Assembly (NCBI GenBank): GCA_964575595.1
Contig: CAZNRI010000007.1
Location: 2,749 to 66,748 of the forward strand
Origin: an uncultured Candidatus Brevefilum sp.
GTDB taxonomy: Bacteria > Chloroflexota > Anaerolineae > Anaerolineales > Anaerolineaceae
Direction of reading: 5' to 3'
DNA length: 64,000 nucleotides
Shown here piece by piece: positions 1 to 9,979 of the stretch. Positions within the stretch are counted from its first letter, which is position 1. Each line of letters starts with the position of its first letter. The position numbers and the translations under genes are program-made. The notes under the pieces are model-generated. The model ran no database searches. It saw only the letters and a program-made list of their open reading frames with translations, and was not told where the DNA came from.

Positions 1-1136
1 GATTCCATCGGCGACCCCGACATCGCACCCATCACATCCTGCGAACTATCACGGAAGCCCATCCCCCTGGCGCCAAATCCAAGCTGATATAAGGAGAGAT
101 AGCGGGACCAATTCATGGTGATCGTGCACTGCCGCGGGTTATGGATATTCAACATACGGTCCAGGTCAGCGTTCGGCGTCTTCACCTCCGCCACAGAGAG
201 AATGGAATCCCAATAATCGTTGAGGTCGGAAAAGGCCTGATTCACTTCTTCAGGTTTTCTAAAACTCTGGATGGTTGGGAGTGCCACTTCGATACTCGCT
301 GTTTGTCCTAACAATACAACAACTCGCCGGCTTTCACCCGCCGGAATCTCGCCCAAGTGCAGCATCAGCGCCGCGATGTTATCCCCACGCAGCGCCAGGT
401 TGTTCCCCAATTCTTCCTCCTGCAGACTTCCAGGCGAAGCCCAGCTTCCATATCCGTTATCCCCAAGAAAGGCCCGCCTGTCCGTCTCAAACGAGGACAC
501 GGGGAGATTGGCGGTGAAATAATTCCTCTGAATGTCCTTGAACATAAAGGGGGCTTGGCTGATGACTTTCATCCCGTCCCCTTCATCATTAAGATAAGAT
601 TGCATGGTTTGCGGCACCCAATCGGCATTATTGAGCTGCTTAAGGGCATCCGGATGTGTATACTCCACCACAGGCACCAAATCCATGGTTTGATCTTCAT
701 TTTTAAGGTTTGTTACGCTTACTGATTGCAGGACAACGTTTTCTCCCTTGGGGATGAAAACGCGCACCTCCGTTCTGATGCCGTTCATCTCGGAGAGAAA
801 CGTTGAATATCCCAAACCCACATGACATTCATAGCGGTCAAAGGGCGTCAGAGTTGGCACATAAAAAGGAGAAAAGACCGTATATTCCCCATCCTCTTTG
901 GGTGTTCGCAGGTAAAGTGTAGTCGCTCTGAATTCTGAAGGGGGATTCTGTGTGAGGTACTTGGTAATGCGGTTCAACGCTGGATCCTGCCGGCAAATCA
1001 GCATGCCGCCCGTCTGATCCACAAACCCGCCAAAAGCTAATGAGCCGATGTAATTAATCCATTTCACCGGCGTCTGCGGATTCGTAATGACATATTCCCG
1101 AGCAGAATCGTCGAAATAGCCATAAGTCGTCATCAT
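1..1136 (-). CDS. GH94 glycoside phosphorylase, probably cellodextrin phosphorylase (N-terminal part; runs off the left edge)
   Basis: Not in the ORF track. Manual translation from ATG 1136 (SD GGAGG at about 1147-1151 on the - strand) gives MMTTYGYFDDSAREYVITNPQTPVKWINYIG...ALKQLNNADWVPQTMQ...WSRYLSLYQLGFGARGMGFRDSSQD. The GFRDxxQD motif is GH94, and the N-terminus resembles clostridial/ruminococcal cellodextrin phosphorylases as I recall them. Confidence 0.85.
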   Translation of the reverse strand, partial: MMTTYGYFDDSAREYVITNPQTPVKWINYIGSLAFGGFVDQTGGMLICRQDPALNRITKYLTQNPPSEFRATTLYLRTPKEDGEYTVFSPFYVPTLTPFDRYECHVGLGYSTFLSEMNGIRTEVRVFIPKGENVVLQSVSVTNLKNEDQTMDLVPVVEYTHPDALKQLNNADWVPQTMQSYLNDEGDGMKVISQAPFMFKDIQRNYFTANLPVSSFETDRRAFLGDNGYGSWASPGSLQEEELGNNLALRGDNIAALMLHLGEIPAGESRRVVVLLGQTASIEVALPTIQSFRKPEEVNQAFSDLNDYWDSILSVAEVKTPNADLDRMLNIHNPRQCTITMNWSRYLSLYQLGFGARGMGFRDSSQDVMGAMSGSPME

Positions 1137-1184
1137 CAACCTCTCTCCTCCAGTTGACTTCTATACCCGTTAACTTTTATCTCC

Positions 1185-3623
1185 TCATCGAATGATAGCT
1201 TTGACGGACACCTGTGTCTTGTCCACTTCCGGTATCAAGGTGCCCTCAACAGGATCACCATCCACTATAAGCAATACATCATTCCCCACACCCTCACGTA
1301 TAACTTCGATATCATAGGTCACCCCGCGATACTTTCGAGTAGCGTGAAAACTTTTCCAATCATCGGGTAAAACCGGCGCAATGCGCAAACCGTCATAATC
1401 AGGACGGATGCCGAGGATCCACTGGGTAATCGCCACAAAATTCCAGGCTGCCGTGCCTGTGAGCCAGGAATTCTTCGCCTCACCCGGCCGGTCGGCGTCC
1501 TTCCCGGCAATCATCTGCGCATACACATAGGGTTCGCAGCAGTGTAAGTCGCTGATTTCCTCACGGTTGGAAGGGTTGATGCGCAGGTAATAATCCAGTG
1601 CCTTATCGCCTCGTCCCAGGATGGTTTCGGCGATCATCACCCAGGGATTGGTATGGCAAAACACGCTGGCGTTTTCCTTATACCCGGGGGGATAGGACGA
1701 AATTTCTCCCAGGTGAAGGTAATATTGACTGTAAGGCGGCTGTAGGAGCATTACACCGTGCTCACAAGCCAGATGACGTTCAACGGCGTCAAGTGCTGCC
1801 TTGGCCATATCATCTTCCAGTCCGATGCCCGCCATGGTGCATAATCCCTGAGGTTCGACAAAGATTTTCCCCTCAGCGCAAGACTGCGACCCTACGGTAT
1901 TGCCAAAATGATCATAAGCCCGCAGGAACCAGGAATCGTCCCAACCGAACAACTCGGTGGTCCCCGCCATGTCATCCGAGAGGCTCTGATAGCGAGCCGC
2001 GTCTTCATTCCTCTCCAAATGAGCCATGATGTCGGCTAATTCGCTTGACGCCATGGTAAATAACGCTGCGATCACCACAGATTCAGCCACCTTGCCATCC
2101 TGATTGGTGGTGGTCTGGAAGGATTCCCCGGGGTTATCGGAGAAAGTGTTAAGGTTCAAACAATCGTTCCAATCCGCACGGCCAATCAAGGGCAAGCCAT
2201 GGGGCCCAAGATTATCCTGGATATAGTCAATGGCTCGCTCAAGGTGCGCTAACAAGCTAGTTTCCGTTCCCGCTTTATTTTCATAGGGGACGAGTTCTTC
2301 CAGAATCCCCCAATCGTCCGTCTCCTTGAGATACGCAGCCACACTCAACACCAGCCAGATTTGGTCATCATTGAAATTACTGCCAATGGCATTGTTGCCG
2401 CGTTTGGTGAGGGGCTGATATTGGTGATGCGCACCGCCATCCTCAAGCTGAGTTGCGGCAAGATCCAAGATGCGGTCCCGCGCCCGCTCGGGAACCATCT
2501 GCACAAATCCGAGCAAATCCTGGTTCGAATCCCGAAATCCCATCCCCCGCCCGATGCCGGATTCAAAATAGGAAGCTGATCGGGATAGGTTAAAGGTCAC
2601 CATGCATTGGTAAGCCGTCCATATATTGACCATTCGGTTGACATGCTCATCTGGCGTGTCAACCTGTAAAACACCCAGCAGATCATCCCAGGAATGCTTC
2701 AAATCCTCGAAAGCCCCATCAACTTTGTCTGGGTCAAGATACGCGTTGATGATAGGCGTCACGCTGTGCTTGTTGATGGTTTGAGAGCCGGGGGGTGAAA
2801 ACTTTTCATCCACTGGATTTTCGTGGTAGCCAAGCAGAAAGATCACCCTTTTTTTCTCGCCTGGTGCTAAAGCAAAGCGGAAGTGGTGAACGCCTACCGG
2901 CGAACCGCCTACCGTGAGCGAATTATTGCAGGCATCCACTTCCACCGCTCTCGGATTTTCCCATCCGCGGTACGTACCTAAAAAAGAATCCCGCTGCGTT
3001 TCAAACCCTGACAGGGCTTCTGAGCAGGCGAAATAGGCAAAATGGTCCCGCCGTTCACGGTATTCCGTTTTATGGTAAATCACCGAATCCACCACCTCAA
3101 CCTCGGCCGTATTCAAATTTCGTTGGAAGTTGGTGGCATCATCCAGCGCATCCCACAGACAAAATTCTACACTCGAGAAAGCTGAAAACTCACGGGGATC
3201 GTTTGTCAGGTTCTCCACCGTCAGGTCCCAGACTTCCAGAGATTGACCTAGCGGAACGAAATACCGCACCTCGCTGCGCACGCCCTGGTAAGCAGAGCTT
3301 ATGATGGTATAACCCATCCCGTGGCGACATCGGTAATCTTCCAAAGCATGTCGAGTGGGCATCCAAGTTGGAGACCAAAACTCGCCGCTTTTGTTATCGC
3401 GTAAGTAGATATACCGCCCGCCCATATCCAATGGGACATTGTTATAACGATAGCGGGTTAGACGCCTGAGCCTGGCGTCCTGATAAAAAGAGTAGCCCCC
3501 GGCTGTGTTAGAGATCAGCCCAAAATAGTCTTCCATCCCCAAGTAATTAATCCACGGCAGGGGTGTATCCGGCTGGGTGATCACATATTCACGATCTTTA
3601 TCATTAAAATAACCAAAACGCAT
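1185..3623 (-). CDS. cbp: Cellobiose phosphorylase (GH94)
   Basis: 812 aa; MRFGYFND.. start, NLSRSASYFESGIGRGMGFRDSNQD, catalytic ADWNDCLNL, GYKENASVFCH and EAKNSWLTGTAAW, all typical of cellobiose phosphorylases. Confidence 0.92.
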   Translation of the reverse strand: MRFGYFNDKDREYVITQPDTPLPWINYLGMEDYFGLISNTAGGYSFYQDARLRRLTRYRYNNVPLDMGGRYIYLRDNKSGEFWSPTWMPTRHALEDYRCRHGMGYTIISSAYQGVRSEVRYFVPLGQSLEVWDLTVENLTNDPREFSAFSSVEFCLWDALDDATNFQRNLNTAEVEVVDSVIYHKTEYRERRDHFAYFACSEALSGFETQRDSFLGTYRGWENPRAVEVDACNNSLTVGGSPVGVHHFRFALAPGEKKRVIFLLGYHENPVDEKFSPPGSQTINKHSVTPIINAYLDPDKVDGAFEDLKHSWDDLLGVLQVDTPDEHVNRMVNIWTAYQCMVTFNLSRSASYFESGIGRGMGFRDSNQDLLGFVQMVPERARDRILDLAATQLEDGGAHHQYQPLTKRGNNAIGSNFNDDQIWLVLSVAAYLKETDDWGILEELVPYENKAGTETSLLAHLERAIDYIQDNLGPHGLPLIGRADWNDCLNLNTFSDNPGESFQTTTNQDGKVAESVVIAALFTMASSELADIMAHLERNEDAARYQSLSDDMAGTTELFGWDDSWFLRAYDHFGNTVGSQSCAEGKIFVEPQGLCTMAGIGLEDDMAKAALDAVERHLACEHGVMLLQPPYSQYYLHLGEISSYPPGYKENASVFCHTNPWVMIAETILGRGDKALDYYLRINPSNREEISDLHCCEPYVYAQMIAGKDADRPGEAKNSWLTGTAAWNFVAITQWILGIRPDYDGLRIAPVLPDDWKSFHATRKYRGVTYDIEVIREGVGNDVLLIVDGDPVEGTLIPEVDKTQVSVKAIIR

Positions 3624-3834
3624 TTACTTGTTTCCTTATCAGTTATATTCATTTTGAACCTAATTTAATGTTCAATTTTGTGAAGTTATTAAGCTGAATT
3701 TATTTCCAAACAGTTGTTACTCAAATTTTTGTGGTTCATAAATTCCCTTTCAAAAAATTAAGAACACTTTATTCAAGAACTAAGAAGATCCCTCGAATTT
3801 TTCATAAAGAATACTTAATCTGCTGTTAACACTA

Positions 3835-3863
3835 TTGACACATTTTAAAAATATAACTATAAT
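3835..3863 (+). promoter_or_regulatory. Consensus sigma70/sigmaA promoter for the lacI-ABC operon
   Basis: TTGACA (3835-3840), 17-bp spacer, TATAAT (3858-3863). Confidence 0.85.
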
Positions 3864-3869
3864 AAGCAT

Positions 3870-3883
3870 TGAGAGCGCTTTCA
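3870..3883. promoter_or_regulatory. LacI-family (CelR-like) operator O1
   Basis: TGAGAGCGCTTTCA: near-palindrome with central CG lying at the predicted +1. Similar to the CelR site TGGGAGCGCTCCCA. Confidence 0.8.
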
Positions 3884-3964
3884 CAATCATACCATAAATT
3901 CATAAAAAATGAGGTATTTGGTCAATAAAAGCCAAAAAAAATCCAAAAATTACATCATAAATGG

Positions 3965-3978
3965 TGAGAGCGGTTTCA
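3965..3978. promoter_or_regulatory. LacI-family operator O2
   Basis: TGAGAGCGGTTTCA, one mismatch from O1, 95 bp downstream and just before the lacI SD. Confidence 0.7.
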
Positions 3979-3996
3979 CTAACAAGGGAGAGTGGG

Positions 3997-5034
3997 TTGT
4001 CAAATTTAACATTAGAGGATATTGCAAAAGAAGCTGGCGTCTCTCGATCAACGGTTTCACGCGTCATGAATAATTTTCCCAATATCAGTGATGGGGTTCG
4101 TGAGCGTGTTCTTGAGGTGATCAAAGAAACGGGCTACCGGCCTAATGCTGCTGCACGGACACTGGCCTCTCAACGATCGCGGACAATCGGTCTTGTACTT
4201 CCACACAGCGTTTCTTTATTATTCACAGACCCCTATTACCCTCATTTACTCAAAGGGATTTCGCAAGCTTGTAACCTACACGATCATGCACTGTCATTTT
4301 TTCTAGCGTCCTCAAAAGAAGACGAAAAAAAGATATTTGGCCGTGTTTCAAATAAGGGTTTGCTTGACGGCGTTCTTATCCAATCCGGTCATCACGGCAA
4401 TCAGCAAATTATCGGCCAGTTGATTGATGTAGAAATGCCCCAGGTTGTGATCGGTCGTCCATTCCGGTCTGATAATGTCAGTTTTGTAGACGTTGACAAT
4501 GTCGGAGGTGCATATAATGCCGTTTCATATTTAATTCGCCTGGGCTACGAACGCATTGCCACGATCACAGGTCCGCTGCAAAGCACTGTCGGTTTGGATC
4601 GTAAGGAAGGGTATATCAAAGCCCTTTCAGAACGGGGAATCAAAATCAACCAGGACCTGATCATGGAAGGCGATTTTACTGAAATGGGCGGTTACTATGC
4701 CATGCAAACACTTTTAAATAGTCAGCCGGATGCGGTTTTCGCCGCGTCGGATATCATGTCAATCGGCGCGATACGAGCTATACAGGAGAGTGGGTTAAAC
4801 GTACCATCAGATATCGGTGTGGTTGGATTTGATGATTTCCCAATTACCACATTTGCCAATACCCAATTGACAACTGTTCACCAGCCCGCTATCCAATTAG
4901 GGTTCAAAGCAGTTGAATTGCTGATCGATCTAATAGAAAATGGAATTCATCCCCCACGCCATATCATCCTTAGTCCTAAGTTAATGATCCGCGAATCCTG
5001 TGGAAGTATAACTGGACCAGCAGGCGGGCTCTGA
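3997..5034 (+). CDS. LacI-family transcriptional repressor (CelR-like)
   Basis: HTH LTLEDIAKEAGVSRSTVSRVMN, hinge YRPNAAARTL, sugar-binding domain. Start placed at TTG 3997 after SD AGGGAG (ORF track starts at 3961). Confidence 0.92.
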   Translation: MSNLTLEDIAKEAGVSRSTVSRVMNNFPNISDGVRERVLEVIKETGYRPNAAARTLASQRSRTIGLVLPHSVSLLFTDPYYPHLLKGISQACNLHDHALSFFLASSKEDEKKIFGRVSNKGLLDGVLIQSGHHGNQQIIGQLIDVEMPQVVIGRPFRSDNVSFVDVDNVGGAYNAVSYLIRLGYERIATITGPLQSTVGLDRKEGYIKALSERGIKINQDLIMEGDFTEMGGYYAMQTLLNSQPDAVFAASDIMSIGAIRAIQESGLNVPSDIGVVGFDDFPITTFANTQLTTVHQPAIQLGFKAVELLIDLIENGIHPPRHIILSPKLMIRESCGSITGPAGGL

Positions 5035-5241
5035 ACAAATTATCTTCATGGTTGAGCTCCAAAACAAAAGGAGGTGAGAGATTATCGAGAACAAACCGAT
5101 TTACCAAACATGAAACGGGCGCCCAACTCAATTACGAGTCGGACGCCACCTTTGGGCAAAACCTGTAGTTCTCATCAGATATAACAGGTTTCACCTCAAA
5201 GAATATACCATATTCTCAAAATGATAAGGAGAATGAAAAAC

Positions 5242-7041
5242 ATGAAACGCAGAATCTTTTTGTTAACTCTCGTAGTAATCCTGAGCATCGTGCTGGGCGC
5301 ATGTGCACCCACAGCGACGCCGACACCGGAAGAAGTAGAAGAAACCGAACCTGTGGTGCAAGAAACAGAAGAAGAGGTTGCCACTGAAGAGGCGGCTGAA
5401 GAAGAAGTCGTCGTCCCCACAGAGTTCCCTCGCGAAGAAACCATCTATGTCAGCGGCTCTGCCTGGGGTCCCGCTTCAACCTGGAATCCCTTCCAGCCCG
5501 GCTCCCTTGCCAACACCACCGGCACCATTGGCTTCGTCTATGAGTTCCTGTTCCACTACAACCCGCTGTCTGGCGAGATGATACCGTGGTTGGCTGAAAG
5601 TGGCGAGTGGATTGACGATGTGACGTATAATGTCGCCTTGCGCGATGGTCTGACATGGAGCGACGGCGAAGCCCTCACGGCTGAAGATGTCAAATTCACC
5701 TTCGATCTGGGCTTGGACTATGCTGCTATTTGGTTCGCCCCCATGCGGGATTACCTGACTGAGGTCGTTGTGGTGGATGAGAAGAACCTCCAATTCAACT
5801 TCGAAGCTCCCCTCTATCAGGAATTTGAAAACAACCTCTATAATATCCCGATCGTGCCAAAACACATTTGGGAAAACTTCAGTGAGGAAGAAATCACAAC
5901 CGGTGCCAATGAGAAACCCGTCGGCTCCGGCGCTTATATGTACCTGACCCACGCTGAAGACCGCAACATCTGGGTACGCAACGAAAATTGGTGGGGCATT
6001 GATGTATTTGGCGCTCCCGCACCACGTTATATCGTCGACATCCGCACATCCAGCAACAACGTTGCCCTCGGCATGGTACTTAAAGGCGAGATTGACCTGA
6101 GCAACAACTTCCTGCCCGGCGTTGCCGAGCTGGCTGATCAAGGGTATGTGGACACCTATTATGAAGATGCTCCATACATGCTCTCCGCCAACACCGCTGT
6201 GCTGTTCCTGAACACGACAAAATCACCAATGGATGATCCTGACTTCCGGCGTGCGCTGGCTTTTGCCATTGATGTCCCCTCCATTGTAAATGTCGCTTAT
6301 GCACAATTGGTCAAAGCCGCTAACCCTACTGGTCTGCTTCCAGATCTTGAGAAGTATGTTGATCAGGCTGTTGTAGATGAACTTGGTTATACCTACGACA
6401 CAGAACAGGCTAAGCAAATTTTGGCTGACGCTGGATATGTAGACATAGACGATGATGGTTTCGTTGAGACTCCTGACGGCGAACCAATCGCTCTGGAAGT
6501 CACCTGCCCGAGCGGGTGGACGGACTGGATGGCAGCCATCGAGGTTATTGCCACCAGTGCACAAGCCGCGGGGATCAACATCCAGAACGTAACCCCCGAC
6601 TACGGCGCCTGGAATACGTCCATGCAAAGCGGTACATTCGATATGACGTTGAATAACTGGGCTGCCATGAGCAACACCCCCTGGACGCTCTACAATCTGC
6701 TCTTCAACAATCCCATCCGAGAGCAAATGCAAAGCGGCAACTTCGGACGTTATGACAACCAGGAAGTATTTGATCTGGTTGATCAACTCGCCGCAGTTCC
6801 CAGCTCCAATGAAGAAGAAATGATGAATGTGCTGTCGCAGATTCAAACAACGATGCTGACCGATATGCCCATGATCCCCCTGTGGTACAACGGTTTATGG
6901 GCTCAGTACAGTTCGTCCCACTGGACAAATTGGCCGTCTGAGAACAGTGACGTTTCCGGTATGCCGGTCACATGGTCTGGATACTGGCAATTAGGCGGTT
7001 TGCAGATGCTCATCGATCTCGAACCCGTTACGGCTGAATAA
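5242..7041 (+). CDS. ABC transporter solute-binding lipoprotein, family 5 (cellobiose/cellodextrin-binding type)
   Basis: Lipobox VLGAC and an acidic linker. FPREETIYVSGSAWGP, WSDGEALTAEDVKFT and GWTDWM resemble the Thermotoga cellobiose-binding protein. SD AAGGAG at 5226-5231 fits ATG 5242. Confidence 0.88.
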   Translation: MKRRIFLLTLVVILSIVLGACAPTATPTPEEVEETEPVVQETEEEVATEEAAEEEVVVPTEFPREETIYVSGSAWGPASTWNPFQPGSLANTTGTIGFVYEFLFHYNPLSGEMIPWLAESGEWIDDVTYNVALRDGLTWSDGEALTAEDVKFTFDLGLDYAAIWFAPMRDYLTEVVVVDEKNLQFNFEAPLYQEFENNLYNIPIVPKHIWENFSEEEITTGANEKPVGSGAYMYLTHAEDRNIWVRNENWWGIDVFGAPAPRYIVDIRTSSNNVALGMVLKGEIDLSNNFLPGVAELADQGYVDTYYEDAPYMLSANTAVLFLNTTKSPMDDPDFRRALAFAIDVPSIVNVAYAQLVKAANPTGLLPDLEKYVDQAVVDELGYTYDTEQAKQILADAGYVDIDDDGFVETPDGEPIALEVTCPSGWTDWMAAIEVIATSAQAAGINIQNVTPDYGAWNTSMQSGTFDMTLNNWAAMSNTPWTLYNLLFNNPIREQMQSGNFGRYDNQEVFDLVDQLAAVPSSNEEEMMNVLSQIQTTMLTDMPMIPLWYNGLWAQYSSSHWTNWPSENSDVSGMPVTWSGYWQLGGLQMLIDLEPVTAE

Positions 7042-7060
7042 CTTTTATCCACTAGATATC

Positions 7061-7099
7061 AACCGCCCTTCTTCGCCTGACAGCAGGAAGGGCGGTTTT
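7061..7099 (+). terminator. Stem-loop after the SBP gene (partial terminator or mRNA stabiliser)
   Basis: AACCGCCCTTC...GAAGGGCGGTT inverted repeat followed by a short T run. Confidence 0.7.
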
Positions 7100-7135
7100 A
7101 TCCACCGTTTCAATTTCAGTTCTCAAGGATTTTCC

Positions 7136-8128
7136 ATGCGAAAATATTTTACACGAAAGATATTGATCTATCTGCTCACCTTCTTCCTGGCAGTGACGAT
7201 CGATTGGATGATCCCTCGCTTTATGCCTGGCGATCCAATCACCAATATGTTGACGAGATTCTCAGTGAACACAAATGCCATAGAAGTAATGCATGATTAT
7301 TACACCAAGAATTTTGGGCTGGATTTACCCGTTTGGAAGCAATATTTGAGTTTTTGGAGTAATTTATTTCAAGGAGATCTTGGGATAAGCATCTATCTCT
7401 TCCCCAAACCAGTGACTGAAGTGATTATGAACGCTGTCCCATATGATGTCGCCTTATTACTCCCAGCTATTGTGCTGAGCTGGTTAGCGGGCAATCATTT
7501 TGGGGCATTTGCCGCCCGATCAAAATGGCTTGACAATACAATATCGCCATTAGGATATATTCTCACAGCCACACCTTACATGTGGCTGGGGATATTATTA
7601 GCTTGGTTCTTTGGCATTATTTTAGGGATTTTTCCCATCGCTGGCGCATATAGCTACTCGCTCAGCCCAACCTGGTCCTGGCAATTTGTTCTCGACGTTT
7701 TACACCACTGGTTTCTGCCATTTGTCTCCCTATTTATTGTCCAATTTGGGGGCTGGGCTATTGGCATGCGGAACCTTATTATCTACGAACTCGAGTCAGA
7801 CTACTCTCATTATTTAGAAGCTTTAGGAGCACCCCGGAGCTTGGTCCGAAAATACGCTTTTAACAACGCCATTCTGCCCCAATTAACCGGATTGGCGCTG
7901 CAGCTTGGCGTGATTGTAGCAGGAGCATTGGTAACAGAGGTGGTTTTCTCATATCCCGGCATTGGTTATCTCCTTCTGGCTGCCATCCAAAATCAGGACT
8001 ATTTCCTCATCCAGGGTTGTTTCCTATTCATTATTATCGGTGTGCTTTTATCAAACTTCATCATCGACATTGTCTACGTTCTGTTTGACCCCCGGACCCG
8101 AAAAGGAATGACAGGTGAAACAGCATGA
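7136..8128 (+). CDS. ABC permease (OppB/DppB-type)
   Basis: PRFMPGDP, FGLDLPVWKQY, EVVFSYPGIG; multiple TM helices. Confidence 0.92.
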   Translation: MRKYFTRKILIYLLTFFLAVTIDWMIPRFMPGDPITNMLTRFSVNTNAIEVMHDYYTKNFGLDLPVWKQYLSFWSNLFQGDLGISIYLFPKPVTEVIMNAVPYDVALLLPAIVLSWLAGNHFGAFAARSKWLDNTISPLGYILTATPYMWLGILLAWFFGIILGIFPIAGAYSYSLSPTWSWQFVLDVLHHWFLPFVSLFIVQFGGWAIGMRNLIIYELESDYSHYLEALGAPRSLVRKYAFNNAILPQLTGLALQLGVIVAGALVTEVVFSYPGIGYLLLAAIQNQDYFLIQGCFLFIIIGVLLSNFIIDIVYVLFDPRTRKGMTGETA

Positions 8129-9006
8129 ATGATAACATCAAAACTACAAAAAAAGAAAAAAATAGAAACGAATTTTTATATTTCGCCTTTCGTAATAGAA
8201 AACTGCAGATTGGATTAATTATTATTCTGTTCTTTCTTATCCTGGCGATTTTTGGTCCGTTCATGACAGACCACAAAATTTATGCCTATGCCAATCCCAC
8301 AGGTCCCACACCCCCAAATTCAGAATACTGGTTCGGAACAACATTCTTTGGGCAGGACGTATTTACTCAGGTTGTTCACGGTTTGCGAAGCACCTTCGTA
8401 GTCGGCATACTCGGCGGCGGGATCGGCACGCTCATTGGAATAATAATAGGTTTTACAGCTGGTTATACCGGCGGCGTTTTAGATGAGATTCTGAATGCGT
8501 TCACTAACATCGTCCTGGTAATCCCCACCCTGGCTGTACTGCTGATCATAGCCGCATACCTTGATGTCCGCAGCCTCTTCACAGAAAGCGTATTCATCGG
8601 ACTCACCGCCTGGCCTTGGGTTGCCAGAGCGGTGCGCTCCCAAACCTTCTCCTTGCGTTCCCGTGAATTTGTTGACCTGGCGCGTCTGAGCGCTGTGAAA
8701 CCCATCAAAATCATCTTTAGTGAAATAGCGCCAAATATGATGTCTTATCTCGTCATGAGTTTTATCCTCCAATTCGGCGGTGCTATTTTGAACGCAGCAA
8801 CACTCGATTTCATTGGTCTGGGTCCGACCAATGCCATCTCCCTCGGAATGGTTATGCAATACGCCGTACAATGGGGGGCACTCCAATTTGGAATGTGGTG
8901 GTGGTTCGTCCCACCCGGGCTGGCAATCACTGCCATTGTCGGCGCGCTCTACAGCATGAATGTTGGGTTGGATGAAGTCTTCAATCCTAAATTGCGGGAG
9001 ACGTAA
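8125..9006 (+). CDS. ABC permease (OppC/DppC-type)
   Basis: WFGTTFFGQDVF, EAA-like loop REFVDLARLS, WWWFVPPG; ATGA overlap with the upstream gene. Confidence 0.92.
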   Translation: MNDNIKTTKKEKNRNEFLYFAFRNRKLQIGLIIILFFLILAIFGPFMTDHKIYAYANPTGPTPPNSEYWFGTTFFGQDVFTQVVHGLRSTFVVGILGGGIGTLIGIIIGFTAGYTGGVLDEILNAFTNIVLVIPTLAVLLIIAAYLDVRSLFTESVFIGLTAWPWVARAVRSQTFSLRSREFVDLARLSAVKPIKIIFSEIAPNMMSYLVMSFILQFGGAILNAATLDFIGLGPTNAISLGMVMQYAVQWGALQFGMWWWFVPPGLAITAIVGALYSMNVGLDEVFNPKLRET

Positions 9007-9007
9007 C

Positions 9008-9979
9008 ATGAATTTAGAAGTTGAAAACCTCACGGTTTATTACCAGACATTAAAGGGTAAGGTGCGTGCCCTTGAAAACGCCACCTTCTCAATTGCTGAT
9101 GGCGAAATTATGGGGTTGGCGGGCGAATCTGGCTGTGGAAAGACCACCCTCGGTCACAGCCTGATCCATCTCGTACCCCCAATGAAACACATCCACGGGA
9201 AAGTGACCCTGGATGGCAAAGTGCTTCCCATTGCGCAATATGAGGAAATGAACCCGTACCGCTTTGATGAAATTTCCCTCATTCCCCAGTACGCCATGAA
9301 CGCCATGAACCCGATTCGTAAGATCGGACAGATGACGGGAGAGCTTCTGCGGGCGAAGAAACACAGCTATAAAAATATCCTGCCAGAATTCAAACGCCGG
9401 CTGGACCTTGTGCAGCTATCACACGAGGTGCTGAACATGTACCCCATTGAGCTTTCCGGCGGTATGAAACAGCGCATGGTGATGGTTCTTTCCACCTTGC
9501 TGGACCCCTTGCTGTTGATCGCAGATGAGATCACCTCTGCACTGGACGTCGCCAGTCAGAAAGCCGTTTCTGAGATGCTGGTGGAGTTCAGAGATAAGGG
9601 ATTCTGCAAGAGCGCTATCGTGATCACCCACGATATTTCCATCCTGTATCAGATAGCGGACACTATCATGATCATGTACGCCGGTCAGCTGGCGGAAAAG
9701 GGACCCACGGAATCAATCATTCATGATCCGCTGCATCCCTATACCAAGCTGTTGATCTCATCACTGCCAAAGATCGGCGCTAAATATACAGAGAAGAAAC
9801 TCATGGGAATCCCGGGTAAGCCGCCTTTACTGCTGAACCCGCCTAGGGGCTGTCGATTTCGGAAACGCTGCCCGGCTGCATTTGAAAAATGTGTTGAGGT
9901 ACCTCCATTCGTCGAAGTTGAAAAGGACCACTATGTAGCATGCTGGAAGGTGATGGAAGATTATGATTACACTCGATAA
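9008..9979 (+). CDS. ABC ATPase (OppD/DppD-type)
   Basis: Walker A GESGCGKT, signature LSGGMKQR, LIADE, C-terminal Cys motif. Start ATG 9008 directly after the permease stop. Confidence 0.93.
   Translation: MNLEVENLTVYYQTLKGKVRALENATFSIADGEIMGLAGESGCGKTTLGHSLIHLVPPMKHIHGKVTLDGKVLPIAQYEEMNPYRFDEISLIPQYAMNAMNPIRKIGQMTGELLRAKKHSYKNILPEFKRRLDLVQLSHEVLNMYPIELSGGMKQRMVMVLSTLLDPLLLIADEITSALDVASQKAVSEMLVEFRDKGFCKSAIVITHDISILYQIADTIMIMYAGQLAEKGPTESIIHDPLHPYTKLLISSLPKIGAKYTEKKLMGIPGKPPLLLNPPRGCRFRKRCPAAFEKCVEVPPFVEVEKDHYVACWKVMEDYDYTR

Noticed and set aside
271-725. Three short + strand ORFs in the ORF track
   Set aside because: Antisense shadows of the GH94 gene on the - strand. The same applies to the many short ORFs nested in real genes throughout the window.
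7044-7106. TTATCCACT and TTATCCACC DnaA-box-like 9-mers
   Set aside because: One-mismatch matches flanking a terminator, with no cluster, trios or unwinding tract.
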